The position numbers and the translations under genes were made by a program. From Candidatus Bathyarchaeota archaeon (GTDB lineage Archaea; Thermoproteota; Bathyarchaeia; Bathyarchaeales; Bathycorpusculaceae): 64,000 nt of DNA. Where the stretch lies: contig CAVYRJ010000001.1 in the NCBI GenBank assembly GCA_963770935.1, positions 64,001 through 128,000 on the forward strand. The letters run 5' to 3'. This document shows positions 1 to 11,523 of the stretch, one piece after another. The notes beneath the pieces are model-generated. The model was not told the origin of the DNA. It searched no databases and saw only the letters and a program-made list of their open reading frames with translations. The first letter of the stretch is position 1; the number at the start of each line of letters is the position of its first letter.

Positions 1-805
1 TTAGCTATCCAAAAACTCATTTCTGGTTTGCAAACAATTTTAAAAATATAAAATAGGGGATTCCCTATCCATGTAGCATGTTGGTAATAATCCACCCTTC
101 GGAAATATTCAAAGTACTTTTTAAAAAAAGCCTCTACCTCATTGTGCTTTAGGGGGTGCTCTTTTTTGTGCCAGTAATCAGATAAGGTATAATCAATTGA
201 AGGTATGTTTATTCCGGCAATTTGAAAATAAACAATGTTAAGGGATGGATTAGAATGAAAATAAATGAGCTTGACTATGTTTGCTAATTTGTTTGGTTCA
301 TCTATCCAGTAAAAGCGCGAGGCTTCGTGGTCAATGTACAATACACCGCCTTTTTTTAAAAAAGCCGAAAGTTTCCGGAGCGCACCTGAATAATCTGGCA
401 GATGGTGAAGAACAGAATAACATGTAATTAAATCGAATTCGCCTTTGTCAAAACTCATTTCCTCTATCGGCGAGTTGATTACAATTAATTTTTTGTCTTC
501 TATGTAGGTTTTATACCTATTTTTTAAAATATCGCACATTTCAGCGGAGATATCTATGGCGGTAACTTTGTAACCCAAACTAAGAAGCTTACCAGTCAAA
601 TTTCCGGTACCTGCTCCAAAATCGAGAGCGTTCTTGTGATTATTCGATACAAGTTTTTCCGCTGTTTTTAATGTTGAGTTATTCTCGTTTGCTCTTGCTT
701 GCTGTACACTTCTGGATGCAGCAACTCGTAATATTTTGCCTCAAGCCGGTGGACAGTAACATTAGCTTCATGGATGCTTTCTTGAAGATTCTTTGCCGCA
801 GACAA
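1..805 (-). CDS. Class I SAM-dependent methyltransferase (frameshifted, runs off the window edge)
   Basis: Manual translation gives motif I ALDFGAGTG, then VTAIDIS and FDLITCYSVLHH. TTG start near 805, apparent indels near 675 and 120. Absent from the ORF track. Confidence 0.8.
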
Positions 806-936
806 ATCCGTTTAAGCCTCGATTTCCAAGTTAAATTATTCATCCTAAGCCAGCATATGTAGCTTTCCGTAAAACAATAAACGGGATTCATAAAACCAAT
901 ACGGAGCAAGTTTTTCTGCAAATAAGGATAAGAGAT

Positions 937-1840
937 TTATAGATTAGCTTTCCAAAAGGGTAAGGGCTTTAGGAGCTGCCTAAACACCATTCTGCTTTCT
1001 CCAATGAAGTCTTCTTTTTCTTTCTCTGTGTCCAATTTGTTTATAACACCTTTAAGGTCACTGATGTTTATTTTTAGGTCTGTTGCGTTTGGCAGACTCT
1101 CTAGCAACACCATGAGTTGATTAATTTCTCTTTGATTGTCTTTTTCTCCAACCATTATGCTCAGTATTATGTCGTTGAGTGTGTAATATGCTAAAATTGT
1201 TTTTGCAGCATCTTTATTGTCTGGATGGTTTTCATCAGGTAGCTTGTTCTTTGAAGCAAAAGAAGTAGTCATGCAAAGTCCTAAGAAGACCATAAGTTTC
1301 ATTAGAGGTTTCTTTCGGCAGACGCTTCTCTACGGTCTAGCAAAAGCTTAGAAAAGTCCAAATTGACTAAGCAAGATGTTTGATTCATCAATCTTTTTCC
1401 AGCCGCTTCAGAACGCTTTGAGTAACTCTCTATTTGTTTCCAGTCGATTCTTTTTTGTAGACTTCTAAGAACATCGAATAATGAATCGACAATTTCCAAG
1501 GCTACAGCTGACTGTTTTTTTAGTCTCAACCTGCATGGTTGCCATATTTTGCTCGATTCTTCTTTGTTCTTCCAGATGCACATTAGCTTTTTCCCTTATT
1601 TTTTCAGCCAAAGCAGGCTCTTCAATTACAAATACGTCAGTACCCGCCTTTCCAAGTTACGCTTAATTCATTTCCAAATTGTTTTATGCTTTCTACATCG
1701 GTCACTGGAATTTCCTTGATTATTTCTTTTCGATTTCTAAGGCGCCCTTTTTCTGTGTGAAACCTTATCGTGTTATCAACAAACTCAAGTTGGCCATGTG
1801 CCAAGACTGGTTGAAACAGCTTTTGATGAAAAAGGCACCT
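937..1840 (-). CDS. Hypothetical protein split over ORFs 1637-1921, 1302-1583 and 937-1302
   Basis: Consecutive minus-strand ORF fragments join into one protein-like sequence after small indels. Start is approximate. Confidence 0.5.
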
Positions 1841-3256
1841 GGATAGTTTCTTGGGATGATGAAAATGCGGAGGATGGTGTGCGGCGTTTTTTGTTTTTAA
1901 TAACAAAGTAGGAGGGCACACATGTCAACACGAAAGCGGCAATAGCAACAGATGCGTACAGCGATGGATGCGGATATATTGAAAAAGGGGTTGGAGTGGA
2001 TGGTTGTTCCATTCCAATAGTAGATTGTTGAGTATTTTTCTGTATAATTAAAGTGAGGATCGTCAAAGATTATGTCCAAATTAAATCCGTACTGCTCAAT
2101 TAAAGAAGCTATTTTTGCGCCAATTTGAGGAGCCAAATCGTCTGCTTCCCAAAGACCCCAAATCCTATCATTAGCCTGTCGCATACCCCAACCATAATCC
2201 TTAGGAAGCACCACAGCAACATCAGCCTTTCAGCAACGCCATTTCTTGGAGAACTATGCATTCTGATTCCAAAAAGTCTGCATAGCCTCGAAGTGTTCAT
2301 CCGTTAAGGCGCCATAGGGATTGATTTGGGGATAATTAAAAACTATCACATACTTGGCTCCAGCATCATATGCAGTATTCAATTGCTCAAGCATCTGTGT
2401 TCCACTTGGCAAGTAAGGCGGGTCATTAGTTGCCCATGTTATTATTGCACCCCAATCTTTACCCTGAACATTTGCTGCCCCTCTACACAGACCCAATATG
2501 CTGTGCCTCATTATGATTCCAACCCAACTCCGCGAACACCACATCATATCCAGCTAAATAATCCAACCAGTAGAGCGCATTATCAGCGGTAAACACAGGA
2601 ATTACTCGTCCTGTGCATTAGGGATTGAATTACGATACCGTGCGTTGTTTAGTCGTTGGACATAGTAGCTGCCGAGGCCCCTTGTAAAATTTTTTGCTGC
2701 CTGACTGTAGTCCGTAACATTAGCAAAAGTTGTTTGAGTTCCTTCCGCTATAGGTTGTTGTCGAACCCATTATAGTTTCCAACATCAATTTGTTTGCCTC
2801 CAGGTTCGTCGAGGACGTAAGCTCCTAAAAACTTGTCTCCCCACCTATCGTTTGCCGAGCTCAGCCAAGCAACATGTGAAATGGCTCAACACCCGCATCT
2901 CTAAAAAGGTCTAATCTAGACCCGTTAAGTTGAGTTGTGAGTTGAAAAAGACGAAACTAAAGTACACCATAAAGTACAGGTTAGCGTCATAAGCGTATTG
3001 ACAGATTTCAGTAAGGGTAGTTTCATTCAGTGCAACATCCCAGTTGTCGACTACGAAGAGGTTGGTGTATCCCTTCACCTTGTCTATCAGAAGTTTCGCT
3101 TCGGCTAGTGGTGTTTCCGCCAAAAGTAACTCCGAAAAAGGGTATATCTTGAGCAGAAGTACCAGTGCTGGCTTTTGCCGGGTAAAAACAAACGCTAGGC
3201 AAAAAAACTACAGTAATCAGTAAAATAGCAATTGGAAATTTCAAGATAAATTTCAT
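1785..3256 (-). CDS. Secreted, C-terminally anchored hypothetical protein, possibly glycoside-hydrolase-like (multiple frameshifts)
   Basis: Signal peptide MKFILKFPIAILLITVVF; fragments include DEPGGKQID, GAANVQGKDWG and AYDAGAKYVIVFNYP; hydrophobic stretch followed by KNKKRR near the C-terminus. Confidence 0.55.
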
Positions 3257-3575
3257 GTCTTACCAATTAAAGGAGTTATTTTGTGAGGGAAATAAGTGTT
3301 TCTAATATTGAAGGTAATAGAAAAATAAATTGGAAAAAGCTGATTCCAATTAGCAAGCGAGCATATAATTTGGTGAAAAACATAAGGCTTATTACCAAAT
3401 TTTTATTCAGTAGGATGAGTGCGTCAATAAGTCAACATTTGCAGATCTTAGAAGAGAAGGAAAGCACCTTCGCGGAAAAAACAACCATGTCATCATACCT
3501 ATCAGTATTGCGAAAACGTTCTACAGTCGTTAACCATAAATCAGTCCATAGCTGGCTGCTCACAATTAAACGGCA

Positions 3576-5069
3576 GTGACAAATATGCGTGTTTGCCTAA
3601 TTAATCCACCTCGTATTCAACCGAGATTTTGGGGAAACCTCGGCATTCTTCAACCAATGGATATAGCGTATGTAGCAGCGCTTCTGGAAAAGGAACATGA
3701 GGTGCGCATCATAGATGCTGCTAACGAGGGATGGAAAAATTTTGAGCAAATTGATGAGACTAAATGTAGACAAGGATTAACAAATAAAGAAATAGCGGCT
3801 AGAATTAAGCAGATATCTCCAGATGTTGTTGGAATAACTATTTCATTCTCAGGTTGGTGGAGAACCGCTAATGAAGTTGCTGCAACAGTGAAAAACCTTG
3901 ACAAGGACATTATCACAGTTTTGAGCGGTTTACATCCATCTGCGAGACCTGTAGAGTGCCTTGAGCAGCCATACACTGATTTTGTCATAAGAGGAGAACC
4001 AGAATACACTACGATGGAGTTGATCCAAGCACTCGAACAGGAGAGCAAAGATTTCAAAAAAATCCGAGGAATCGGTTACAAGGAAAATGGAAAAACAATT
4101 ATCACGGAACTACGACCTCCAATTGAAGATTTGGATGCTTTGCCTTTTCCTGCTAGGCATTTGCTTCCCATGGAAACATACTTTGCCGCAGCAAAAGAAC
4201 TCCCGCCCAGAGGAGAGGTAACTAAACGTTGGACCACTTTGACAACTAGTAGGGGGTGCCCGTATAATTGCGTGTTTTGTTCAATTCACACTGTTATGAG
4301 CAGAAAATGGCGTGCAAGAAGCCCACAAAACGTTATTGGCGAATTAGAAGAGGTTGTTGAATCCTATCGAATTAAGCAGCTTGATATCGTTGATGAAAAC
4401 ATGACGCTTGACCCGAAAAGAATGGAGTCTATTTGTGATTTGATGGTGCAGCGGGGATTGGATGTTGAGTGGTTTGCTCCCAATGGAGTTAGGGCAGATA
4501 CATTGGATGAGGGTCTTTTGAGAAAAATGAAGGCGTCAGGCTGCAAGAAAATTCGTGTTGCTCCTGAGTCGGGCGTTCAACGAGTTGTTGACAACATTGT
4601 GAAGAAGAACTTGGATTTAAGATCTGTAGAAAAAGCGGTAATTCTGTCAAAAAAAGTCGGAATTAAAGTGGGCTGTTTCTTTGTTGTTGGCCTTATAGGG
4701 GAAACAAGGGAAGACATAGAGCAAACCATAGCCTTTGCTCAGAAGCTTAAGCGGCTGGGGGCTGATAGCTTCTACTTCAGCTATGCTACACCCGTTTATG
4801 GAACTGAACTCTACGAGCAGGCTAAACAGGGTGGCTTTCTGCGGGACTGTTTCAGTGACGACGCATTGGCTGAGGCTAAACCGCTCATTGAAACGCCTGA
4901 GTTGAGCGCGGATGAGATGGTTAAGTTGTGTGCGAGGGCAAATTTGGTTAATCCAACGTTTACTTATGATAGAATCATAAGGGCTATGCGGGACCCCAAA
5001 AAGGCAGCTAAAGGTCTATTGCGGGGTATCGCTAAAAAGAAGTTATTGCTCAAATACGCAAAGCAGTGA
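3576..5069 (+). CDS. B12-binding domain radical SAM protein
   Basis: N-terminal VCLINPP and SGLHPS cobalamin-binding domain; SRGCPYNCVFC (CxxxCxxC); ATPVYGT. Confidence 0.92.
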   Translation: MTNMRVCLINPPRIQPRFWGNLGILQPMDIAYVAALLEKEHEVRIIDAANEGWKNFEQIDETKCRQGLTNKEIAARIKQISPDVVGITISFSGWWRTANEVAATVKNLDKDIITVLSGLHPSARPVECLEQPYTDFVIRGEPEYTTMELIQALEQESKDFKKIRGIGYKENGKTIITELRPPIEDLDALPFPARHLLPMETYFAAAKELPPRGEVTKRWTTLTTSRGCPYNCVFCSIHTVMSRKWRARSPQNVIGELEEVVESYRIKQLDIVDENMTLDPKRMESICDLMVQRGLDVEWFAPNGVRADTLDEGLLRKMKASGCKKIRVAPESGVQRVVDNIVKKNLDLRSVEKAVILSKKVGIKVGCFFVVGLIGETREDIEQTIAFAQKLKRLGADSFYFSYATPVYGTELYEQAKQGGFLRDCFSDDALAEAKPLIETPELSADEMVKLCARANLVNPTFTYDRIIRAMRDPKKAAKGLLRGIAKKKLLLKYAKQ

Positions 5070-5086
5070 GTTGTTTATAGTTTCTG

Positions 5087-6115
5087 TTAAACTGGGAAGA
5101 AAAACCATCTCGTCACCAAGATAACGACGAAGCACAACAACATCCACAAAACAATGGTCACATCCCTAATCCGCAAGGCACCCAAAATCTTTTCCCCAGT
5201 TAACGGCTCTTGAGGGTCACCAAGAATGTATTGTCCAGGCTTCTCCAACTGAACCCGCAGTGCACCAGCAACAGCAGCCATTGGCCACCCGTGATTGCGG
5301 CTAGGAGTTTTTCTATGATCTCGATAAGCTATTCGCCAAGCGTTTTTGGCGTCCATTCGGAGGATAAACGCTGCTACAATCATCAATAATGCAGTTAATC
5401 TTGTGGGAATGTAATTGACGACGGTGTCAAGGTTCGCACTAAACCAGCCAGTGTTGATATGTTCTTTTGTTTTAAAGCCAACCATACCGTCAAGCGTGTT
5501 TATGGCTCGGAAAACTATGGCGCCTGTGACTCCGAAAAGGGCAAATGACATCATTGGTGAAAGTTTGAAGTCTATGAGGTTTTCTGACATGGATTCGATA
5601 ACTGCGCTGCTGATTTGGGAGCCGTTTAGGGTTCGGCTGTCTCTTCTGGAGAAGTGGCTGTATTTTTTGGCTTCATCTAGGTCGTTGGCTTGGATTGCTT
5701 TGGCGGCGGCTTTTGCCCAATCTGTCTCAAGCTTAATGCAAATAGTCATTTTGAGGATTATGATGCCGATGAAAGCGTAGATGAAAATGCCAAGGGAGAA
5801 CCAAGTAATATACGTGACAAATAACCATAAGCCAAAGAAGACGGGAAGCGCAAAAGCGGCAATCACCGTCAAACCCAACAGAACACCAAGGAACTTCTCT
5901 ACTTTTGGATTGGGATTCTTGAAGTAAGGTTCGATTTTCGCTGTAAAATTGCCCATCAACACGGTTGGGTGCAGCTTAAACACTAACCGATCAGGATTGT
6001 TCGGTGAAGGGTCGCCAAGAAACAAGTCTAAGACGACAGCCAAAACCAACATAATGGCGGCTACTATGATGTTTGTGGCGTTTTGCACCAACCACGGAGT
6101 AAGGGTGAGCAGCAT
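5087..6115 (-). CDS. cbiB: Adenosylcobinamide-phosphate synthase (CbiB/CobD family)
   Basis: Membrane protein with HPTVLMG, AVIESMSEN, RAINTLDGMVG and SRNHGWPMAAVAGAL motifs. Confidence 0.9.
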   Translation of the reverse strand: MLLTLTPWLVQNATNIIVAAIMLVLAVVLDLFLGDPSPNNPDRLVFKLHPTVLMGNFTAKIEPYFKNPNPKVEKFLGVLLGLTVIAAFALPVFFGLWLFVTYITWFSLGIFIYAFIGIIILKMTICIKLETDWAKAAAKAIQANDLDEAKKYSHFSRRDSRTLNGSQISSAVIESMSENLIDFKLSPMMSFALFGVTGAIVFRAINTLDGMVGFKTKEHINTGWFSANLDTVVNYIPTRLTALLMIVAAFILRMDAKNAWRIAYRDHRKTPSRNHGWPMAAVAGALRVQLEKPGQYILGDPQEPLTGEKILGALRIRDVTIVLWMLLCFVVILVTRWFFFPV

Positions 6116-6200
6116 TGTTTCGATACTTTGGAGACTCGCTTAATATTAATTACGGTAGCTCCCAAAAGAATGCCACTGTGGGAAAATATAGCTCCTTATC

Positions 6201-6995
6201 TTAAGGCGCCTTTTCCGCGTGTGTTTTATTCCACTCTTCGTTAAAGTAGCCTGTCGCTATTATCAAAACATGGGGGTTGTTTGACCATAAACTGGGCAGG
6301 ATGTTGTCTTGGCATACTTGCAGAGTAATCTGTTTGTTGTCAAATATGTGCATTCCAAATTGAATGGGATCATCTGTGTATTTTACTTGAAAAGAGGGTT
6401 TTTCTATAAGAGGTCCCCAGATTACATGGGGCAACTCATCTTCGGGGGGCTTTTGTGTGATTAATCGGATTTTTAGGTTTTTCTTTGTTTCGATCATGTT
6501 TTTGAGCAAGAGCCATTCGTTCTCAAATTTCATCGGAACCTTTATCGTAGGTAAAATAATATCTATGCTGTTTTGGCTTTTCTGAATGAGTTTTTGGTGT
6601 GTTTTAAGAAAGAGCGTTACTTCTGAAGTAATGATGTATTGTGCACTTTCAGAAGGACATGCGTTTTTTTTAACTATGGGAAAACAATCAAGCAATAAAT
6701 CTTTTTTCTTGACTAGATCGTTGTATTTTTGTTTTTTATTCTCAAGTAATATACAGAGCGCTTCGTTTATGGGCGTGGCTCTATACCGGGTTGGTTTGGC
6801 TATAATTTTTTCCACTAGCCCTATTTTCTCTAATGTTGGCATGATCCTGTAAATATCCTGTCGAGCTACATTGGTATCTTTTGCAAGTAGTTTTACATCT
6901 GCTTCATAAAATTTAACAAGGTTTAGGTATATTGTTGCCTGGAGCAAGCTAAGACCAAAATCCATAAGGAGATGTATACTTTCGCCCATATTCAT
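6201..6995 (-). CDS. TrmB-family transcriptional regulator
   Basis: N-terminal HTH (FGLSLLQATIYLNL...VARQDIYRIMPTLEKIGLV...PTRYRATP) plus C-terminal effector domain. Confidence 0.85.
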   Translation of the reverse strand: MNMGESIHLLMDFGLSLLQATIYLNLVKFYEADVKLLAKDTNVARQDIYRIMPTLEKIGLVEKIIAKPTRYRATPINEALCILLENKKQKYNDLVKKKDLLLDCFPIVKKNACPSESAQYIITSEVTLFLKTHQKLIQKSQNSIDIILPTIKVPMKFENEWLLLKNMIETKKNLKIRLITQKPPEDELPHVIWGPLIEKPSFQVKYTDDPIQFGMHIFDNKQITLQVCQDNILPSLWSNNPHVLIIATGYFNEEWNKTHAEKAP

Positions 6996-7094
6996 TTTAT
7001 GCGTCTTCCGTAGCGTGATAAATATGAGCTTTAAGTCTTAAGGTTTTAGCGTGTCAGATTTCTCAATCTCTTGGTTAGCCCAATTTGTGTGCTG

Positions 7095-7131
7095 GTTGAG
7101 CAAAAAAAAGGGATAGGTTTTTGATTTGTTT
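7095..7131 (-). terminator. Oligo-T terminator after propeller 1; the same CCTTTTTTTG-type tract follows the other paralogs
   Basis: T8 at 7102-7109 on the minus strand. T7 tracts at 11488-11494, 14249-14255, 18265-18271 and 24502-24508, and T-runs near 35993-36005, each about 20-45 nt after a stop codon. Confidence 0.65.
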
Positions 7132-9561
7132 TTATGGTCGTTTCTTGAGTAATAGCAGAACCATTACTATGCCGACAAGCGCGATAGCAACTATTATTCC
7201 AGCGATTGCGGGGATAAAGTATAGGTCAGCTGCTGAGGGTGAAGCGGTTGCGACGGGGGCTTGAGTGGTTGTTGGTTCTGAAACGGTGAAAGCGGTATCT
7301 GCGTGTGAGGGCCAATATGATTCAGAGCCGACAAAGTTGGCAGTAACAGTGTAGGTGCCTGAGATGTCAGGTTTCCAGTTCAAGCTAAAGAAGCCATTTG
7401 CGTTAGTGGTGGTTTGGCCTATTGAGCGTTGGTTACCGTTTGAGTCAATGACATTGATTGTTACTAAGACGCCTGTGGTGTTGGTTGGTTTGGGTTGTTG
7501 CTGGTAAATATATGCCATCCAATCTGTTTGGCTTTCGTCTGAGACTGCTGGAACACCGTTGGGGAAACGTGAAGCTTGTTCTTGTGCCTCAGTGCCTGGG
7601 GAAATGTCGATTACGGTACCTTTGATGAGGACGCTTTTGTCCGATGGAACTTCTATGTCGGGTGCTGAAACTGTGACAGCGGTTGGACCTTTGCCAAAGT
7701 TGTAGATGCTGTTGTCATAGTGGTTGTATGCCGTAACGGTTCCGTCTGCGATTACTGGTCCTTGCAGCCATCCTTGTGAGCGCCATATTTCTTCACCGGT
7801 GGTAGCATTAACCGCGACCAGTGCTGCTCCGCGGTAAAGCGGGTGGTTGGGGCTGTGTTCGCCTACTGCTGCAAAGATTTTTCCGTCTGCTGCAACGTGT
7901 AAGCCGTTTCCCAATGGATACGTGCCGTAGGGTGTTTCGTAACCTGCGTTGCCGATGTAGTAGTTCCAGTCGTTGTTTCCTGTTTCCATATCGAAACAGT
8001 GTATCGTGCCGTCGTATGCTACTGCATATAATTTGCCATATGCGACAACTGGGCTAGATGCGCCTAGACCGTTTCCGCCTGAGGTGTACATGCCCCATGC
8101 GCTTTCATACGGTTCAGTTTGCCAGAGTTGTTTTCCGGTGGTTGCGTCATAGCCGTACCATGTCATGGTTTCTTGTTTGAACCATGCAAATTTTCCGTCG
8201 ACTTCTCCTGTGAAGAAGTACGTGGCTGATTCGGTGCTTGAGACGTTGAAGTTGAATAGCTGGGCTCCATTTTTTGTACTGTATCCTGTGACGCTTATGA
8301 CTCTATCTACACCTGTACCGACTGCGTTGGCTGCAATTATTGTGTTCTTACCCATTGTTGCGATGCTTTGGCTGCCTGGGACGTCTGGTACGCTTACGTT
8401 CCATTCAATACCTCGGCTCCAAGTAACGTTTATGCCGGCGTTTGCTCTCCAGTCCCATCCTTGACTTCCACCTGTTTGGTTGACTATGGCTTTGGTTGCA
8501 TTCCACAATGTGAGCGTGTTTTGTGCGCCGCTAAGGATGTAGGACAACAGGTTACCTTTTTCGTCTAATGCATGTCTGCCAGTGGTGGCGTTGACGATTC
8601 GAAGTATTTCTGTTCCGGTGACGGGATCATACATTCTGTAGGTGGCTCCAGAGCTCCAGAGGTATGAAAACGCTCCGTGCTGGTTTGGTGAGTCGAATTC
8701 GAATGATTGACCGAATGATATGGTTGTGCCATTTTGGAACCAAAGTTGTTCGCCCGTTGCTAGATCTCGGCATACGAGCCCTAGGGTTGCCGATGCTCCA
8801 AGTCGTTGTTGATAGTAGAGTTTTCCGTTTAGAATTACTGGAGGTGACCATTTGCTTTCGTATGAAGCGCCGCTGTAGTAACCCAGATTTCCCAGCTCTC
8901 CGCTAACTAGTCCGCCTAGATCTTTTTCTTTTTTCCATAGAACGTGTGCACTGTTTGTAGCTGAACCGACTGGGACCCAGTTGGATCCTCCTGCCCATGA
9001 GCTGCCAACGACCATAGGTAAGCCGTACCAATTGTTTTCAATTGCATACCAGGCTCTATTCTGTGCGTTGATGGGTCTTGTCCAGTATTCCTGTGGAAGA
9101 GGTGTGTTAGGATAATCACCAATGGGTTCATCTTGAACAACTAGAACGATGTCAGGTGCTGTAGTACCTTTGATGGTGCGGGTGCCGACTGTTTCTCCTG
9201 GATAGCTGAATTTGATTGTGTAGGTGCCGACTTCGGTGGGTGTGATTGATATGTATTTTGAGCCTACTGGATCAGAAGGTCCAACGTCTGTTGTTATCTT
9301 TCCAGATGGGCTTATGACTGTTATGTTGTAGTTTGTCCATGTTGCAGTGGCGCTACCTGGGTATGCGTTGTTTGGAAGAAGGTCGACCCACGCAGTGACT
9401 TGGGCTCTTTGCCCAAGTCCAACGGGGTTGGGACTGACTGATAGAAAGCCATAGGTTGGGAAGTCTTCAGCTTGGACTGCAGGAACAAAGATAGATAGCA
9501 TTGACATTATCAGAATCGATGCGATTACTATTGACAGAGTTTTCACTTTTATTTGTCTCAT
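7132..9561 (-). CDS. Secreted PQQ-like beta-propeller surface protein with C-terminal anchor (KRP paralog 1)
   Basis: Signal peptide; repeated D..TG..W propeller motifs; DPVG, SPNQHG and EHS; ends ADLYFIP-TM-KKRP. Confidence 0.85.
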   Translation of the reverse strand: MRQIKVKTLSIVIASILIMSMLSIFVPAVQAEDFPTYGFLSVSPNPVGLGQRAQVTAWVDLLPNNAYPGSATATWTNYNITVISPSGKITTDVGPSDPVGSKYISITPTEVGTYTIKFSYPGETVGTRTIKGTTAPDIVLVVQDEPIGDYPNTPLPQEYWTRPINAQNRAWYAIENNWYGLPMVVGSSWAGGSNWVPVGSATNSAHVLWKKEKDLGGLVSGELGNLGYYSGASYESKWSPPVILNGKLYYQQRLGASATLGLVCRDLATGEQLWFQNGTTISFGQSFEFDSPNQHGAFSYLWSSGATYRMYDPVTGTEILRIVNATTGRHALDEKGNLLSYILSGAQNTLTLWNATKAIVNQTGGSQGWDWRANAGINVTWSRGIEWNVSVPDVPGSQSIATMGKNTIIAANAVGTGVDRVISVTGYSTKNGAQLFNFNVSSTESATYFFTGEVDGKFAWFKQETMTWYGYDATTGKQLWQTEPYESAWGMYTSGGNGLGASSPVVAYGKLYAVAYDGTIHCFDMETGNNDWNYYIGNAGYETPYGTYPLGNGLHVAADGKIFAAVGEHSPNHPLYRGAALVAVNATTGEEIWRSQGWLQGPVIADGTVTAYNHYDNSIYNFGKGPTAVTVSAPDIEVPSDKSVLIKGTVIDISPGTEAQEQASRFPNGVPAVSDESQTDWMAYIYQQQPKPTNTTGVLVTINVIDSNGNQRSIGQTTTNANGFFSLNWKPDISGTYTVTANFVGSESYWPSHADTAFTVSEPTTTQAPVATASPSAADLYFIPAIAGIIVAIALVGIVMVLLLLKKRP

Positions 9562-9634
9562 TTTTTCTTTTTCTCCAATTTTTATAGTCCTTCATATTCA
9601 GTTCGTACTCGATTTAAACGCTTGTAACAAGTAC

Positions 9635-9649
9635 CACTTTTGACAAGTG
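9635..9649. promoter_or_regulatory. Inverted repeat CACTT-N5-AAGTG upstream of the paralog 1 promoter
   Basis: Visible in the sequence, just upstream of a TTTAAA box near 9613-9618. Confidence 0.3.
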
Positions 9650-10097
9650 AACATTTGTTAAACTCTATCAAGAGATATGCATTATTTTTATGAAAAATGT
9701 CTTCATTTAGCTTTCTTAATTGGTGAAGTAGCGATACTGATTACTCAATCTGCTTGTTGAAGCTCTTGTATACAGGATTTTTTTGGATTTTGGCTAAGGT
9801 GACGGTTGTTTCTGAGGCAATTTTTTGGTTGAAGGATCGCAGTACAGAAAAAAACATCTATCATAACATTCTAGATTTGCAAAAATTCTGTTCCTAAAGT
9901 CTTGACTTAAAATTAAGCCGTGAACGCATTATCTTTGGAACGAGAGCGCATCCAAATCGGTGTATTTTGCCGTAAGGATAACAGCCAGAGCGTACATGAC
10001 GACCCCTAAGATTGGACGTCAGCAATTGGTCTTTGCTGTTGTAGGGATAGTTGTTGTTTGTTAGAAAACGTGAGATTTGCTTTTAAAGAATAAAGCG

Positions 10098-10316
10098 CTA
10101 ATCTCTCTGTTTGACCACGTATGCGGCTATGATTGAGATTATGATAAGGGCTATGAATATTATTCCAAATATGGACATTGGTGTTCTGAAGTTGGGGTCG
10201 CCTATGAGAGTGTCGTTTGAGGGCATTGGAACATAAAAAGCAGCCAAGAAAATACCAAAGAAAACGATGCCTATGCCTTGCGCCAAAAACACTAACGAGG
10301 TCAATTGACTTTTCAT
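10098..10316 (-). CDS. Small two-TM membrane protein
   Basis: 72 aa with two hydrophobic helices. Confidence 0.7.
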   Translation of the reverse strand: MKSQLTSLVFLAQGIGIVFFGIFLAAFYVPMPSNDTLIGDPNFRTPMSIFGIIFIALIIISIIAAYVVKQRD

Positions 10317-10456
10317 TTGACTAACCCATCCATCAATTTAAGCTAACGAAAGCTTACACTTTCATATTCTCTGCAGAACATATAAGCTTACACTTTACAA
10401 TAATCTAGCAAGCATAATATACAACTTAACATTTTCTTTATTACAAGGGAAAGTAG

Positions 10457-11353
10457 ATGTCCAGCGCTAAATCTAGTTATATGATTCGAACAGGATTATT
10501 TTTAACTGCTTTGTCTTGGTTCGCGTTTACGTTTTACGAGTTTGTTAATGCAATCACTCATGTTATCCAGCCCAACAGTGATAATCCGGTTTGGACTTGG
10601 CTGGTGCTTCAAGAAACCGGAGGAACCGTGGGTTTAGGCTTAAGAACAGCAGGCGGCTTAATCGCAGTTATAGCTTGCCTGTTCTATCTCGTAAAAAGGG
10701 ACCTCTCCGAACCAGAAGCTCTTATGGCACTTCGGCTGGTTGTAATCTTTGAAGCCTCATATTGGCTTTCCTTCCTCTTCTCTATAAGTCCTCGCGGCTT
10801 CACCAACATAAGCGCACTAATCGAGAACAACCTGCCAATTATCGTGCAGGCAACCGTTCTACCCATTGTTTTGATTATATTATTTTTCCACTTGACTCCA
10901 AAAAGGGCATCGACCGGCGGATTAAAGTGGGGGCTGATTTCAGGCATCGTTTACATTCTGGTCCTTTGGCTCAATAACGCGGGCAACTGGATAGCCGCAG
11001 CCATGATAAAAGGAATGGATTACTTAACACTGTACCCAGCGAACCTGTTTAGTTTCGGTTTAACCGTAGTCGGGTTGCTTTTGCTAGCTCTCTACACAGC
11101 GTATTTTACCAAGAAAACAATCGCAAAACACGACATCACACAATTAAACCTAAGAACAATAGGTTTCATCATCACTGCCTTCGGATTGTACTTTGACATA
11201 GTATACGTTATGTTCCTCTCTTTGGGAGCGGTTGGCGGCTGGGGAATGTGGTACGCTTGGTTTACGGGTCACAACTTGGACTTGTGGCTAATGGCACTTC
11301 CATTCGCGGGTCTCCCATTCCTTTTTCAAAATAAAAATGAAACCTCATCCTAA
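10457..11353 (+). CDS. Multi-pass membrane protein of unknown function
   Basis: 298 aa with about 8 hydrophobic segments. Confidence 0.75.
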   Translation: MSSAKSSYMIRTGLFLTALSWFAFTFYEFVNAITHVIQPNSDNPVWTWLVLQETGGTVGLGLRTAGGLIAVIACLFYLVKRDLSEPEALMALRLVVIFEASYWLSFLFSISPRGFTNISALIENNLPIIVQATVLPIVLIILFFHLTPKRASTGGLKWGLISGIVYILVLWLNNAGNWIAAAMIKGMDYLTLYPANLFSFGLTVVGLLLLALYTAYFTKKTIAKHDITQLNLRTIGFIITAFGLYFDIVYVMFLSLGAVGGWGMWYAWFTGHNLDLWLMALPFAGLPFLFQNKNETSS

Positions 11354-11523
11354 CCCTTTACGAGCAGTTGCGGTAAAAATTGAGGCAACTCGAAACAATC
11401 ACGCATTTTTGTTTTGTTTTCAAATGTCTTGCCAGAAATACGCTAATTATTAGTACCAAGATGGAATTCTAAGTTAAAGCTAAAAACAAAAAAAGGGAAA
11501 GTTTGTTTTTGTTTTATGGTAGT

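Noticed and set aside
6165-6190. GCCACTG...GGGAA next to cbiB, resembling cobalamin riboswitch motifs
   Set aside because: It is on the strand opposite to cbiB, the intergenic gap is only about 85 bp, and the other riboswitch elements are missing.
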